This document shows positions 8,765 to 16,899 of a stretch of 64,000 bases of DNA, piece by piece (position 1 is the stretch's first letter; each line of letters opens with the position of its first letter). The notes beneath the pieces are model-generated. The model made no database searches and was not told where the DNA came from. It was given only the letters and a program-made list of their open reading frames with translations. The position numbers and the translations under genes were made by a program. Origin of the DNA: a virus (lineage: Duplodnaviria; Caudoviricetes); the IMG/VR virus record IMGVR_UViG_3300021086_000004, positions 1 through 64,000 of that record, one strand, 5' to 3'.

Positions 8765-8989
8765 ATGTACACGGACCCGGCCGCCGCGCGGACCGAACTC
8801 GCGGCGGCCCGCGCGCTCCGCGACGAAGCCGAACCACGCTGGCGCGCCGCCATCGTCGCAGCCAGACGCGCTGGCGTCCCCGCCGCAGAGGTGGCGCTGA
8901 TCGCCGGCTGCACACGCCAGCGTGTCCACCAGATCGAAGCCGAACTAGCAAACCGCCTTGACGCCGGCCAGTCAGGCGGCCTACTGTGA
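8765..8989 (+). CDS. Small HTH DNA-binding protein (paralog of 8383-8616)
   Basis: WRAAIVAARRAG...VALIAGCTRQRVHQI; TACGCT-N6-ATG leaderless geometry. Confidence 0.75.
   Translation: MYTDPAAARTELAAARALRDEAEPRWRAAIVAARRAGVPAAEVALIAGCTRQRVHQIEAELANRLDAGQSGGLL
8958..8987 (+). promoter_or_regulatory. Promoter of the Y RNA-Ro60 operon
   Basis: TTGACG-N18-TACTGT; predicted start near 8994 matches the 5' end of RNA unit 1. Confidence 0.7.
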
Positions 8990-8993
8990 GCGA

Positions 8994-9061
8994 GTCCGAC
9001 GCGAAGACCGGGGGCTACTTCACTGGTAGCGAACCGCCTCCGGTCACCACGGTTCTCGGAC
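8994..9061 (+). ncRNA. Short Y RNA-like unit 1 (Ro-binding stem only, no tRNA-like domain)
   Basis: GTCCGA/TCGGAC terminal helix; shares ACGCGAAGAC, TACTTC and GGTTCTC with units 2 and 3. Confidence 0.7.
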
Positions 9062-9080
9062 GCCTGACACGCAAGTGAAC

Positions 9081-9223
9081 GGGCAGACGCGCAGGAACGG
9101 CGTACTTCCCTTTGGAGGATGAGGTCGCGGGTTCGAGTCCCGCCGCCCCGCATGGCTTCGGCCCTGGGGTGTAGCTCAGCGGTAGAGCGCATACGTTCGC
9201 TGCTCCGACACGGTTCTCTGCCC
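9081..9223 (+). ncRNA. yrlA: YrlA-type Y RNA unit 2 with permuted tRNA-like domain
   Basis: GGGCAGA/TCTGCCC closing helix; T arm GCGGG-TTCGAGT-CCCGC (9127-9143) precedes D arm GCTC-AGCGGTA-GAGC; upstream of TROVE gene. Confidence 0.85.
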
Positions 9224-9239
9224 GACCCAACTGCATAGC

Positions 9240-9375
9240 GGCGCCGACGCGAAGACGCGGGCTACTTCCAAACCGTGGGTCGTGGGTTCGAGTCCCACTC
9301 CCGCCTCCGGGCGGGGTAGCTCAGACGGTAGAGCAATGGTCTCCAACGCCCTCGTCGTCTCAGGTTCTCGGCGCC
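9240..9375 (+). ncRNA. yrlA: YrlA-type Y RNA unit 3 with permuted tRNA-like domain
   Basis: GGCGCCGA/TCGGCGCC closing helix; T arm 9282-9298; acceptor-like stem sealed by a TCCG loop; D arm 9319-9334. Confidence 0.85.
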
Positions 9376-9425
9376 GTACCAGTTGGCCGCGCGTGGCAGG
9401 CGTCCCCCGACACGATGGGGAGACG

Positions 9426-10958
9426 ATGTCCAAGTTCGACAAGGCCGCACGCACCCCGGCGCAGACCAGCCCCGTGACCACCACCGGGCGCACGCTGACC
9501 GCCGAAGGCGGCCCCGGCTGGTCCCGAGACGTCAAGAGCGAACTGTTCCTGCTCGCCGTCACCAACATGGTGGGCGAGCAGACCTTCTACGAGACCGGCC
9601 CGGACCGCGACAGCAGGTTCGCGCAGCTCGTCCGGCAGGCCACCGCGCAGGACCCCGACTGGACCGCCCGCCTCATCCGCTGGCTCCGCGCCGACGCCAA
9701 CATGCGCTCCGCCAGCCTGGTCGCGGCGGCCGAGTACGCCCACGCGGGCGGCCCGAACGTCCGCGTCGTCGTCGCCTCCGCGTTGCAGCGGCCGGATGAG
9801 CCGGGGGAGTTCATCGCCTACTGGCACGCCCGGTACGGCCGGACCCTGGCCGGCGGGAAGCAGCGCGGCCTCGCCGACGCCGCGCTGCGCCTGTACGACG
9901 AGCGGGCCGCGCTCAAGTACGACGGCGCGTCGCACGCGTACCGCCTCGGTGACGTCATCGAGCTGGCCCACCCGAAGCCGGCTGCGGCGTGGCAGCACGA
10001 CCTGTTCCGGTGGCTCCTGGACCGCCGCCACGGCCGCAGCGACCCGCGCGTCGGGGAGTCCCTCGCCGTGGTGCGCGCAAGGGCCAACGCCGAGACCGTG
10101 CCGGCCGCTGAGCGGCGCGCACTGCTGGCCGGTATGGAACCGCCCGCCCGGGCCGAGTTCGTGCGTGCGGCGGGTGGGACGTGGGAGTGGCTCGCCGGGT
10201 GGATCCAGGGGCCGATGGACGCGCTCGCGTGGGAGACCGTGATCCCGTCGATGGGGTACATGGCGCTCCTGCGGAATTTGAGGAACTTCGACGAGGCCGG
10301 CGTCTCGGATGCGGTGGCCGCGCAGGTCGCCGGCCGGCTCTCCGACCCGAAGCAGGTCGCCAAGTCTCGGCAGTTCCCGCTGCGGTTCCTGTCCGCGTAC
10401 AAGGCCGCCCCGAGCTTGCGGTGGTCGTGGCCTCTGGAACAAGCCGTGCAGCACTCGCTGGCGAACGTGCCCGCGCTGCCGGGGCGGACGCTGATCCTGA
10501 TCGACCTGTCCGGTTCGATGTGGTCACCCCTGTCCAACCGGTCCGACCTGCAACGGTGGGAGGCCGCCGCGCTGTTCGGGCTCGCGCTCGGACTCCGCGC
10601 CCAGCACGCCGACGTCCACATATACGGGTCGACGCACAGCCGCGTCACCCTGCCGGCCGCCGGGTCGCTGCTCCCGGCGGTGAAGGGCATGGTGTCGCTG
10701 GGCGGGACGGACACGTGGGGGACGTTCGCCCGGACGTGGGCCGACCATGACCGGGCGGTGATCCTGACTGACGAGCAGGCCCACCCCGGCCGTACCCCGG
10801 CGGTGGCGGCGCCGATCGTGACGTTCAACGTCGCCGGCTATGCGGCGGCGCACGTGGAGGCCGGGCCGAACCGGGTCACGGTGGGCGGCCTGACCGACGC
10901 CGGGTTCCGCATGCTCGACCTGCTCGACCGGCGGGCACGCGGCGACTGGCCGTTCTGA
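9426..10958 (+). CDS. rsr: Ro60/TROVE-domain RNA-binding protein with C-terminal vWA domain
   Basis: ELFLLAVTNMVGEQTFYE, MRSASLV, ALKYD, MGYMALLRNLRN, SRQFPLRFL; vWA MIDAS DLSGSM, GGTD, ILTDEQ. Confidence 0.95.
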   Translation: MSKFDKAARTPAQTSPVTTTGRTLTAEGGPGWSRDVKSELFLLAVTNMVGEQTFYETGPDRDSRFAQLVRQATAQDPDWTARLIRWLRADANMRSASLVAAAEYAHAGGPNVRVVVASALQRPDEPGEFIAYWHARYGRTLAGGKQRGLADAALRLYDERAALKYDGASHAYRLGDVIELAHPKPAAAWQHDLFRWLLDRRHGRSDPRVGESLAVVRARANAETVPAAERRALLAGMEPPARAEFVRAAGGTWEWLAGWIQGPMDALAWETVIPSMGYMALLRNLRNFDEAGVSDAVAAQVAGRLSDPKQVAKSRQFPLRFLSAYKAAPSLRWSWPLEQAVQHSLANVPALPGRTLILIDLSGSMWSPLSNRSDLQRWEAAALFGLALGLRAQHADVHIYGSTHSRVTLPAAGSLLPAVKGMVSLGGTDTWGTFARTWADHDRAVILTDEQAHPGRTPAVAAPIVTFNVAGYAAAHVEAGPNRVTVGGLTDAGFRMLDLLDRRARGDWPF

Positions 10959-10963
10959 CGCCA

Positions 10964-11000
10964 GAGTGCGGGGTCGGTCTCTCTGGCTGGCCCCGCACTC
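10964..11000 (+). terminator. Terminator after Ro60
   Basis: GAGTGCGGGG...CCCCGCACTC inverted repeat. Confidence 0.65.
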
Positions 11001-11090
11001 GCGCCCGAATGGCGGCCCGGACAGGCAACCCCCCGGGCTCGGGCGCCGGTATCGTCCCCGCGACCGGACACCAAGCCAGGGGGGCAACCA

Positions 11091-11693
11091 GTGATCCGAC
11101 CGACCATCCGAGCCGTACTCGCAGCCGTGGGAGTCGCAGCCGCGGCGCTCGCGCTCACCGCATCAGGACCCGCAGCCGCCGGCCCCGCCGGACCGCAGAC
11201 CAGCGGCCTCGCGCCGGCAGCCGCCGCATGCAAGACGTTCACCGCCACCAACGCCGCCGTGCAGACCCGCGTCGTCACCACCTCCGACGCCGCCCTCTAC
11301 GCCAACACCCCGGCATGGGCCGACATGGCCTGCGGGACCACCACCGTCACCGCCCCCCGCGGGCGCACCGTCCTGACCGTCGTCCAGGTCGACGCGGAAG
11401 TGACATGCACCGGGGCGGACGGCCAGTGGTGCCAGGGACGGGTGCTGATCGGCAACGCCGACGGGGAGCCGCAGGCCCCCGAGCCCGACTCGTTCGCCTG
11501 GGCCAACAGCGAGCCCAACGCCGCGCAGTGGGAAGCCAACGGGTTCACCCGGGCGCGTGACCTGGCCTGCCCCGCCAAGTTCCCCCTGCCGGTTTGCACG
11601 TGGCCGGTGCGGGTCCAGGTCCGCACCCACGTCCCCGGGCTGCTCCTGCGCGTCGACGACTCCACCGTTCATCTGGCCGGCACCTACCACTAG
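11091..11693 (+). CDS. Secreted protein with Sec signal peptide
   Basis: Basic N-terminus, hydrophobic core, AAA cleavage site; six Cys in the mature part. Confidence 0.7.
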   Translation: MIRPTIRAVLAAVGVAAAALALTASGPAAAGPAGPQTSGLAPAAAACKTFTATNAAVQTRVVTTSDAALYANTPAWADMACGTTTVTAPRGRTVLTVVQVDAEVTCTGADGQWCQGRVLIGNADGEPQAPEPDSFAWANSEPNAAQWEANGFTRARDLACPAKFPLPVCTWPVRVQVRTHVPGLLLRVDDSTVHLAGTYH

Positions 11694-11718
11694 CCAACGA
11701 GCCGGCCGGCGCGCGGGA

Positions 11719-12138
11719 TCAGACCGTGCCGGCCGGCGGCCCGTCCCCGGCCTGCTCCACCCGCGTCACCCGCGTCGCCGTCACCGCGTTCTCCGCCCGC
11801 AGCCTGGCAACCTCGGCCCGCAGCTGCGCGACCTCCGCGTCCCGCCCCGACCGCAGCTCGACCACCTCGGCCCGGAGCCGGTTCACCTCCGCGTCCCGGT
11901 CGGACCGCAGCTCGTCCAGTTCCTCCTTGAGCCGGTCGAGCTCCTTCCGGAGCTCGTCCATCACCCCGGACTGCACCACCACCGCGCCCTGCGCGGCGTC
12001 GATCACGATCCGCCCCCGCTCCGGTTTCACCTTGAACAGCGCGACGATCCCGCCGCCGCCGCCCACGCCGAGGATCAGCGCGACGAGGCCGGTGAACCAC
12101 GGCGACGTCACCGCCGAGTCGGCGGCCAGCCAGGTCAC
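11719..12138 (-). CDS. N-terminal TM plus coiled-coil protein (holin/lysis-accessory-like)
   Basis: WFTGLVALILGVGGGGGIVALF; 18-aa repeat LRS.RDAEV..LRAEV; GTGA overlap. Confidence 0.7.
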   Translation of the reverse strand: MTWLAADSAVTSPWFTGLVALILGVGGGGGIVALFKVKPERGRIVIDAAQGAVVVQSGVMDELRKELDRLKEELDELRSDRDAEVNRLRAEVVELRSGRDAEVAQLRAEVARLRAENAVTATRVTRVEQAGDGPPAGTV

Positions 12139-12575
12139 CGGCCGCCGTCCCGCATCGTCCCCGACGCCACATCCAGCAGCACCAGGACCCGCCCGCGGAA
12201 CAGGTGGTAGGAGCGGACCGCGGCGGCCGTGGCGAACACGAACAGCACCACCGCGGCGTTCCACTGGCCCCAGCCCCGGACCACGGCCGTCGCCAGGCCG
12301 GACACCGCGGCGCCGGTGCCGAACGCCACGCAGCCGGCGGCCTCGACGTTCATCTGCGCCGCGGCGATCCCGGCGAGGATGAGCGCCCCGCCGGCGCCGT
12401 ACATGGCGATCCACGCGTAGTCCAGCGGCGAGGCGAGGAGCGCGGCGGCCTGGACGCCGGGGCGGACGAAGAAGGTGACCGCGCCGTTGACGCCGAGGAG
12501 GGCGAGGACCGACGCGAATGGGACATCGGTGAGTCTGCGGCGGATGCGGCGTACGGTTGCGAGGCGGCGGGTCAC
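12135..12575 (-). CDS. Four-TM membrane protein (holin-like)
   Basis: Four hydrophobic segments; late-operon position. Confidence 0.65.
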   Translation of the reverse strand: MTRRLATVRRIRRRLTDVPFASVLALLGVNGAVTFFVRPGVQAAALLASPLDYAWIAMYGAGGALILAGIAAAQMNVEAAGCVAFGTGAAVSGLATAVVRGWGQWNAAVVLFVFATAAAVRSYHLFRGRVLVLLDVASGTMRDGGR

Positions 12576-12654
12576 CGTCTGACCTTGGGTGTCGCCGGGG
12601 TTCCGGCCATGAACTTCATGATCCCACGAGGTGCTTGCGTTGGGGGTGGTTGGC

Positions 12655-13422
12655 GTGCTGTCACGTCGTACTGTTCTGAAAGGTTCGGCGTTGACGGCCG
12701 CCGCGGCGGTGGCCGGGCCGGTGCTGCGGCCGGCTGCGGCCGTGGCGGCCGAGCCGCCTCTGGTCGGGTCTCACCGGACGTTGCCATCCGGGCGCAGGTA
12801 CTGGCTGTCCGGGACGGGCGGGCCGCTGGTGGTCGGCTGCCACGGCTCCAACCTGACCGCGTCCAACGTGAACGCCGGGGTGTGGGTGACCGGCACCCCC
12901 GCGACGACGGGCTGGCAGCAGCACGCCGCGGCCAACGGCTACACCCTGGCGCTCGCCGAGGGGCTCCCCGGCATGGTGTCGTGGAACGTGGGCGGTGGGT
13001 GGCCCTCGGGGAGTCAGGACGACCTCGGGTACCTCCTCGACGTGGCCGCGGACGCCGTGGACGTGGCCGGCGCCGGCCCGGACACGTTCATCGGCGGGTT
13101 CTCCGCAGGCGCCGCGCTGGCGTGGCGCGCGGCCTGCGACCACCCGGAGGTATTCGCTGCGTGCGGGTCGGGGTCGGGGTGGGCTCCGGCGTACCCGTCC
13201 CATCCGGTGGACTGCTGGCACACCCACGGCACCGCCGACGGCACGGTGCCGATCCGCGGCGGCTACGTGCCGACGTTCCCGTACACCTTCCCCCCGGCGT
13301 ACGACGAGGCCGCGCGGGCGCCGCGGGGGTCGCGGGTGGTGTTGGAGGTGTCGTCCGGTGGGCATGCGACGCCGGGATGGCTCGCGGACCGCTGGTGGCA
13401 GTTCTGGGTCGCCGGACGGTGA
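12655..13422 (+). CDS. Tat-secreted alpha/beta hydrolase (PHB-depolymerase/LpqC-like esterase)
   Basis: SRRTVLK Tat motif; CHG oxyanion, DDLGY, GFSAG nucleophile elbow, HGTADGTVP, GGH. Confidence 0.85.
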   Translation: MLSRRTVLKGSALTAAAAVAGPVLRPAAAVAAEPPLVGSHRTLPSGRRYWLSGTGGPLVVGCHGSNLTASNVNAGVWVTGTPATTGWQQHAAANGYTLALAEGLPGMVSWNVGGGWPSGSQDDLGYLLDVAADAVDVAGAGPDTFIGGFSAGAALAWRAACDHPEVFAACGSGSGWAPAYPSHPVDCWHTHGTADGTVPIRGGYVPTFPYTFPPAYDEAARAPRGSRVVLEVSSGGHATPGWLADRWWQFWVAGR

Positions 13423-13430
13423 GCTACGGC

Positions 13431-13709
13431 CTAGCTACGGCCTGGCTCGGTACTCGCCGTGGTACCGCCCGTTACGGGCGGCGTGCCGTGGACGGTTGCG
13501 ACCGCAAGCATCTCGGGGTGCGGCGTGCCCGGTGTCAGCGACACGTCCCAGCCGGGCGCGGGCAGCCCGTCGGCGTACTGGACCCCTGCGGCCTGCGTTC
13601 CGGCGGCCACCCTGACCGCGGTCAGGTCCTCGTCCGTGTGGTCGCCGACGGGCCACACCTCCAGGCCACCGACGGGCGACCGGACGATCAGGTACCAGTC
13701 CACGCGCAC
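13431..13709 (-). CDS. Hypothetical tail-associated protein
   Basis: AAGGAGG RBS; follows the fibre gene. Confidence 0.6.
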   Translation of the reverse strand: MRVDWYLIVRSPVGGLEVWPVGDHTDEDLTAVRVAAGTQAAGVQYADGLPAPGWDVSLTPGTPHPEMLAVATVHGTPPVTGGTTASTEPGRS

Positions 13710-13716
13710 CCCCTCC

Positions 13717-14184
13717 TTAAGCGTTGGCGAGCCAGATCGACAACTGCGACGCCTCGTTCGTCACCGACGTGTTCAGGTTGCTGCCCTTGTTGTGGATCAC
13801 CTGCACCTCCAGGTAGTCCCCGGCCGACAGTTGCACGAGCCGGGCCAGGCACAGCGCCGAGTTCAGCGCGCTGGAGCCGGGGCCGGTGGCGTAGCCAGCG
13901 GTCAGCGCCGACCCGTTCACCGTCAGCCGCACCCCTCGGACGGAGGCCGCGTCGGCGGTCATCGCCCCGCACGCCCCGACGAAGTACCAGCCCGTCGACA
14001 CCGCCGTGTACCGCGAGGTGTTGACGCTGGTCGAGTGGGCGGATTCGTCGTCCACATCATCCACGTCGAACGTGACGCTGGTGTAGGTCGCGGTCGTGAT
14101 GGCCTGCGCGACGGTCTGCCGCATCAGCGCGACCACCCGCGTGGGGACGTCCGAGGCGCGGACGATGTCACCGGCGGCTACCAC
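13717..14184 (-). CDS. Minor tail / receptor-binding protein (C1q/TNF-like beta fold)
   Basis: AGDIVRASD N-terminal motif; SRYTAVSTGWY, VQLSAGDYLEVQV. Confidence 0.7.
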   Translation of the reverse strand: MVAAGDIVRASDVPTRVVALMRQTVAQAITTATYTSVTFDVDDVDDESAHSTSVNTSRYTAVSTGWYFVGACGAMTADAASVRGVRLTVNGSALTAGYATGPGSSALNSALCLARLVQLSAGDYLEVQVIHNKGSNLNTSVTNEASQLSIWLANA

Positions 14185-14194
14185 GAGCGGCCTC

Positions 14195-16387
14195 TCATAA
14201 CGCGTAGACGGCGAGGTCGGACAGCGGCACCAGATCCACAGCGGAGCCGGCGGGCAGCACCTTCGACACGCCGTTGACCGCACGGGTCACGGTCAGGGTC
14301 TGCGGCGTCGCAGCCCCGGTGACGGCGGTGACGGTGACCTGCTCCCCCGAGACGATCAGGTCGAAGTCGCCGTCGTTGTGCGCCCACACCGGCCCCGTCG
14401 GAGTAGTCACGGTCAGCGCGGTGTCGCCGGCTGCCGCGTCGGCGCCCAGGGTGGAGCCGTCGGTGGAGTACCGGCTCCCGGTCGAGTTGTACACGGCGAC
14501 TTGCCAGGGCGACCCGGGGACGCAGTTCGCCACCAGGGTCCGGACGAACGCGTTCAGCGTCTCCGTGTAGCCCATTCCGAGTTGGACGATCGACCCGGGG
14601 GGCAGCCACGCCGGGGGGTGCGCGACGTCGACCCGGTCGCCGACGTCCAGCCCGACCACGGCGGCAGTGAGCGCGGCGGTGAAGTTGGCCCGGGCGAGGT
14701 TGACGCCGATCTGCGGGTACCTCGGCTCATCCACCGTCCCCTGGTGGAGCCGCCACCCGGCGTGGTCGGGCAGCACCCCGTCCGTGGCCACGTTCACCGT
14801 CACCGCCGTGTCGTACCTGCCGACGCCGTCGGGCGGGTCCAGCACGGACAGCGGCCCCGTGTCGTCCACCGCCGTCGCGGACGACCCGCCCGAGCGGGTC
14901 ACGGTCCAGTCGTTGCGGGTCAACTGGTCGTCGTCGGTCGGGTCCAACTGCGACAGGTCCGCGGCGGAGTAGTCGAGGGTGACGCCGGCGGCCTGGTTGT
15001 ACATCGACACCCTCGTGCGGTACGCCAGCCCGAACGTGGCGCGTGGCTCGTAGAGGACGCCCTGGTCTGCGGCTTCGCAGTCCCGCAGCAGGTCGACCAG
15101 TTTGCCGGGGGACTGCGCGCCCATCGCCGCCGAATCCGAGGCGGTGCCGACGACGGTCGCGGTGATGCCCTGCTCGGTGCACAGCCGCAGCACCCGCGCG
15201 GCGGCTGTCTCCCCCGCGTAGCCCGTGATCTCGGACGTGGCCGACGTGGCGTCGGCCACTGCGGTGTCAACGGAGATGTGCCCGAGCACGTCGGAGGCCA
15301 TGTTCACGTGGCAGTCCATGTCGACCGTGGTCACGATCCCGGCGGTGCGGCCGATGAGGGTGCCGGTCTTCGACGTCACCCCCGCCGACGTGTAGAGCCG
15401 CAGCGCCCAGTCGATGTCCGCGCCGTCGGTAACGAGCTCGATGGAGATCCGGCCGACGTCGCCGTTCACCCCGGTGATCCCGGCGGAGGTGAACAGGTTC
15501 GCGGAGGACACGTCGAACGCGGCGAGGGTGATCGTTCCGGTGCCGGCGGTGTTGTAGTTCAGGTCCCACCTGCCCGCCGTCCCGGTAGTGCTGATCCGGG
15601 CGACGACGGCGCCGTCGGTGGTCCCGGCGGCAGGGATGGCCCAGGCGAACCGGATCTGCGTCGACCCGGTCGTGGTGTAGGCGGGGACGGTGCCGCGCCA
15701 CCGCGAGGAGGCGACGACGGGCAGCGGAAGGGAGGAGCCGTAGGCGGTGGAGGTGGCGAGGGTGGGGGTGCCGGTGACGGTGAGCGGGGGTCCGCCGGTG
15801 GCGGAGGCGAGGGTGGTGGCGTCGGTGTCGTCTTCGCAGGGCCAGTACGCGACCGCGGTGCCGGCGGCGGTTATGGCGCGGTAGAGGACGGAACGGAGCG
15901 GAGCGACGCCCTGCTGCAACCTGCGGAGGATCCCGGCGGCTTGGACGGGCACCCACACGTCCTCCCCCGCCGACGTCCACTTGGACGGCCAGGCGGTGAC
16001 CTCGCCGACGCCGCGGACGTCGTTCCCGACGCGCACTCTGGCCTGGGTGTTGCGGCCGATCTGCCCGTAGTACGGCCCGGTCGGGTTGCGTGGGCTGAAT
16101 CGTCCGTCGCGGTTGTTCAGGGTGAACGCGACCAGCGTGGGGTCGACGGTGCCGCCTTCGGATGACCGGCCCCGGGTGACGGTGACGGCGTCGCGGGCGT
16201 ACACCCCCGCCTGCCCCGTGTTCGGCCGGGTGACCTCGGCCCAGTTCCCGAACATGAACAGGTCGATGGCGAGCGGCAGCGGCCCGGCCGGGAACGGGGT
16301 CGGCGGGGCGGCCGGGTCCGCGGGCGTGCCGCCGGACGGGATCCCCGCGTGCCGCCACCACCACGCCGAACCAGACGGAGCCCTCAC
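14195..16387 (-). CDS. Large minor tail protein (baseplate hub-like with LamG-like insert)
   Basis: VTRGRSSE, FTLNNRDGRFSP, AYWPCED, RLCTEQG, TDDDQLTRNDWTV, EPRYP; GTGA overlap. Confidence 0.8.
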   Translation of the reverse strand: MRAPSGSAWWWRHAGIPSGGTPADPAAPPTPFPAGPLPLAIDLFMFGNWAEVTRPNTGQAGVYARDAVTVTRGRSSEGGTVDPTLVAFTLNNRDGRFSPRNPTGPYYGQIGRNTQARVRVGNDVRGVGEVTAWPSKWTSAGEDVWVPVQAAGILRRLQQGVAPLRSVLYRAITAAGTAVAYWPCEDDTDATTLASATGGPPLTVTGTPTLATSTAYGSSLPLPVVASSRWRGTVPAYTTTGSTQIRFAWAIPAAGTTDGAVVARISTTGTAGRWDLNYNTAGTGTITLAAFDVSSANLFTSAGITGVNGDVGRISIELVTDGADIDWALRLYTSAGVTSKTGTLIGRTAGIVTTVDMDCHVNMASDVLGHISVDTAVADATSATSEITGYAGETAAARVLRLCTEQGITATVVGTASDSAAMGAQSPGKLVDLLRDCEAADQGVLYEPRATFGLAYRTRVSMYNQAAGVTLDYSAADLSQLDPTDDDQLTRNDWTVTRSGGSSATAVDDTGPLSVLDPPDGVGRYDTAVTVNVATDGVLPDHAGWRLHQGTVDEPRYPQIGVNLARANFTAALTAAVVGLDVGDRVDVAHPPAWLPPGSIVQLGMGYTETLNAFVRTLVANCVPGSPWQVAVYNSTGSRYSTDGSTLGADAAAGDTALTVTTPTGPVWAHNDGDFDLIVSGEQVTVTAVTGAATPQTLTVTRAVNGVSKVLPAGSAVDLVPLSDLAVYAL

Positions 16388-16896
16388 TCTAGGTAGTCCA
16401 CCCAGGTCCGCGCCCCGACGCCGGTCGTCGGCGTGAAGCACCGGACTCGGAGGAACGTGGACACCGCGACCAGCGGCCCCATCCCCGGGACCGGCGGCCA
16501 GTTCTTCTCATACTCCAAAATGGACTCTCCCGACGCGGAGGACAGCGACCGGGCGTCGAACACCCGGGTCGCCGTGATCGACCCCTCTCCGGTGCTCGTG
16601 TAGCCGGTGTTGGTGGTGCCGAGGGTGACCAGCGACGCCGTGCCGTTCGGATCCCACTTCACGATCCCGGTCGACGTGTGCGCCGTCACCGTGGCGGCGA
16701 CGTCAGTCTGGAGCAGTTCGAACACGGCGTCGGCGCCGGGCGGGTCGTCCAGGGTGTACCCCCAGCCGACGACCTGGAGCTGCCGAGTCGACGGCGGGGA
16801 GACCTGTAGGAGCGTCTCGATGGTGGTGTTGGTGGTAACCGCGGCGAGCGACGCCGTCGTCGGCATCGGTGCATTCCAAATGCGGTAGATAGGGAT
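16384..16896 (-). CDS. Conserved tail-associated protein, probable ATC start codon
   Basis: AGGAG-N7-ATC opens IPIYRIWNAPMPTT; the first ATG is at 16866. Confidence 0.7.
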   Translation of the reverse strand: MPIYRIWNAPMPTTASLAAVTTNTTIETLLQVSPPSTRQLQVVGWGYTLDDPPGADAVFELLQTDVAATVTAHTSTGIVKWDPNGTASLVTLGTTNTGYTSTGEGSITATRVFDARSLSSASGESILEYEKNWPPVPGMGPLVAVSTFLRVRCFTPTTGVGARTWVDYLE

Positions 16897-16899
16897 GGT

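Noticed and set aside
9081-9375. Two canonical tRNA genes
   Set aside because: The T arm precedes the D arm, the acceptor end is closed by a loop with no CCA, and the units are embedded in Y RNA closing helices upstream of TROVE
8994-9375. CRISPR-like repeat array
   Set aside because: The repeats are short, degenerate paired motifs forming stems; there is no constant repeat-spacer periodicity and no cas genes
13422-13443. 11-bp tandem duplication AGCTACGGCCT as a target-site duplication of the esterase moron
   Set aside because: Both copies are adjacent on one side; no matching copy was seen at the other end of the insert
12204-14024. Long plus-strand ORFs such as 12204-14024, 14378-16165, 26002-27807 and 46297-48198
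   Set aside because: Shadow ORFs in GC-rich DNA, Arg/Pro/Gly-rich, overlapping well-supported genes in other frames or on the other strand
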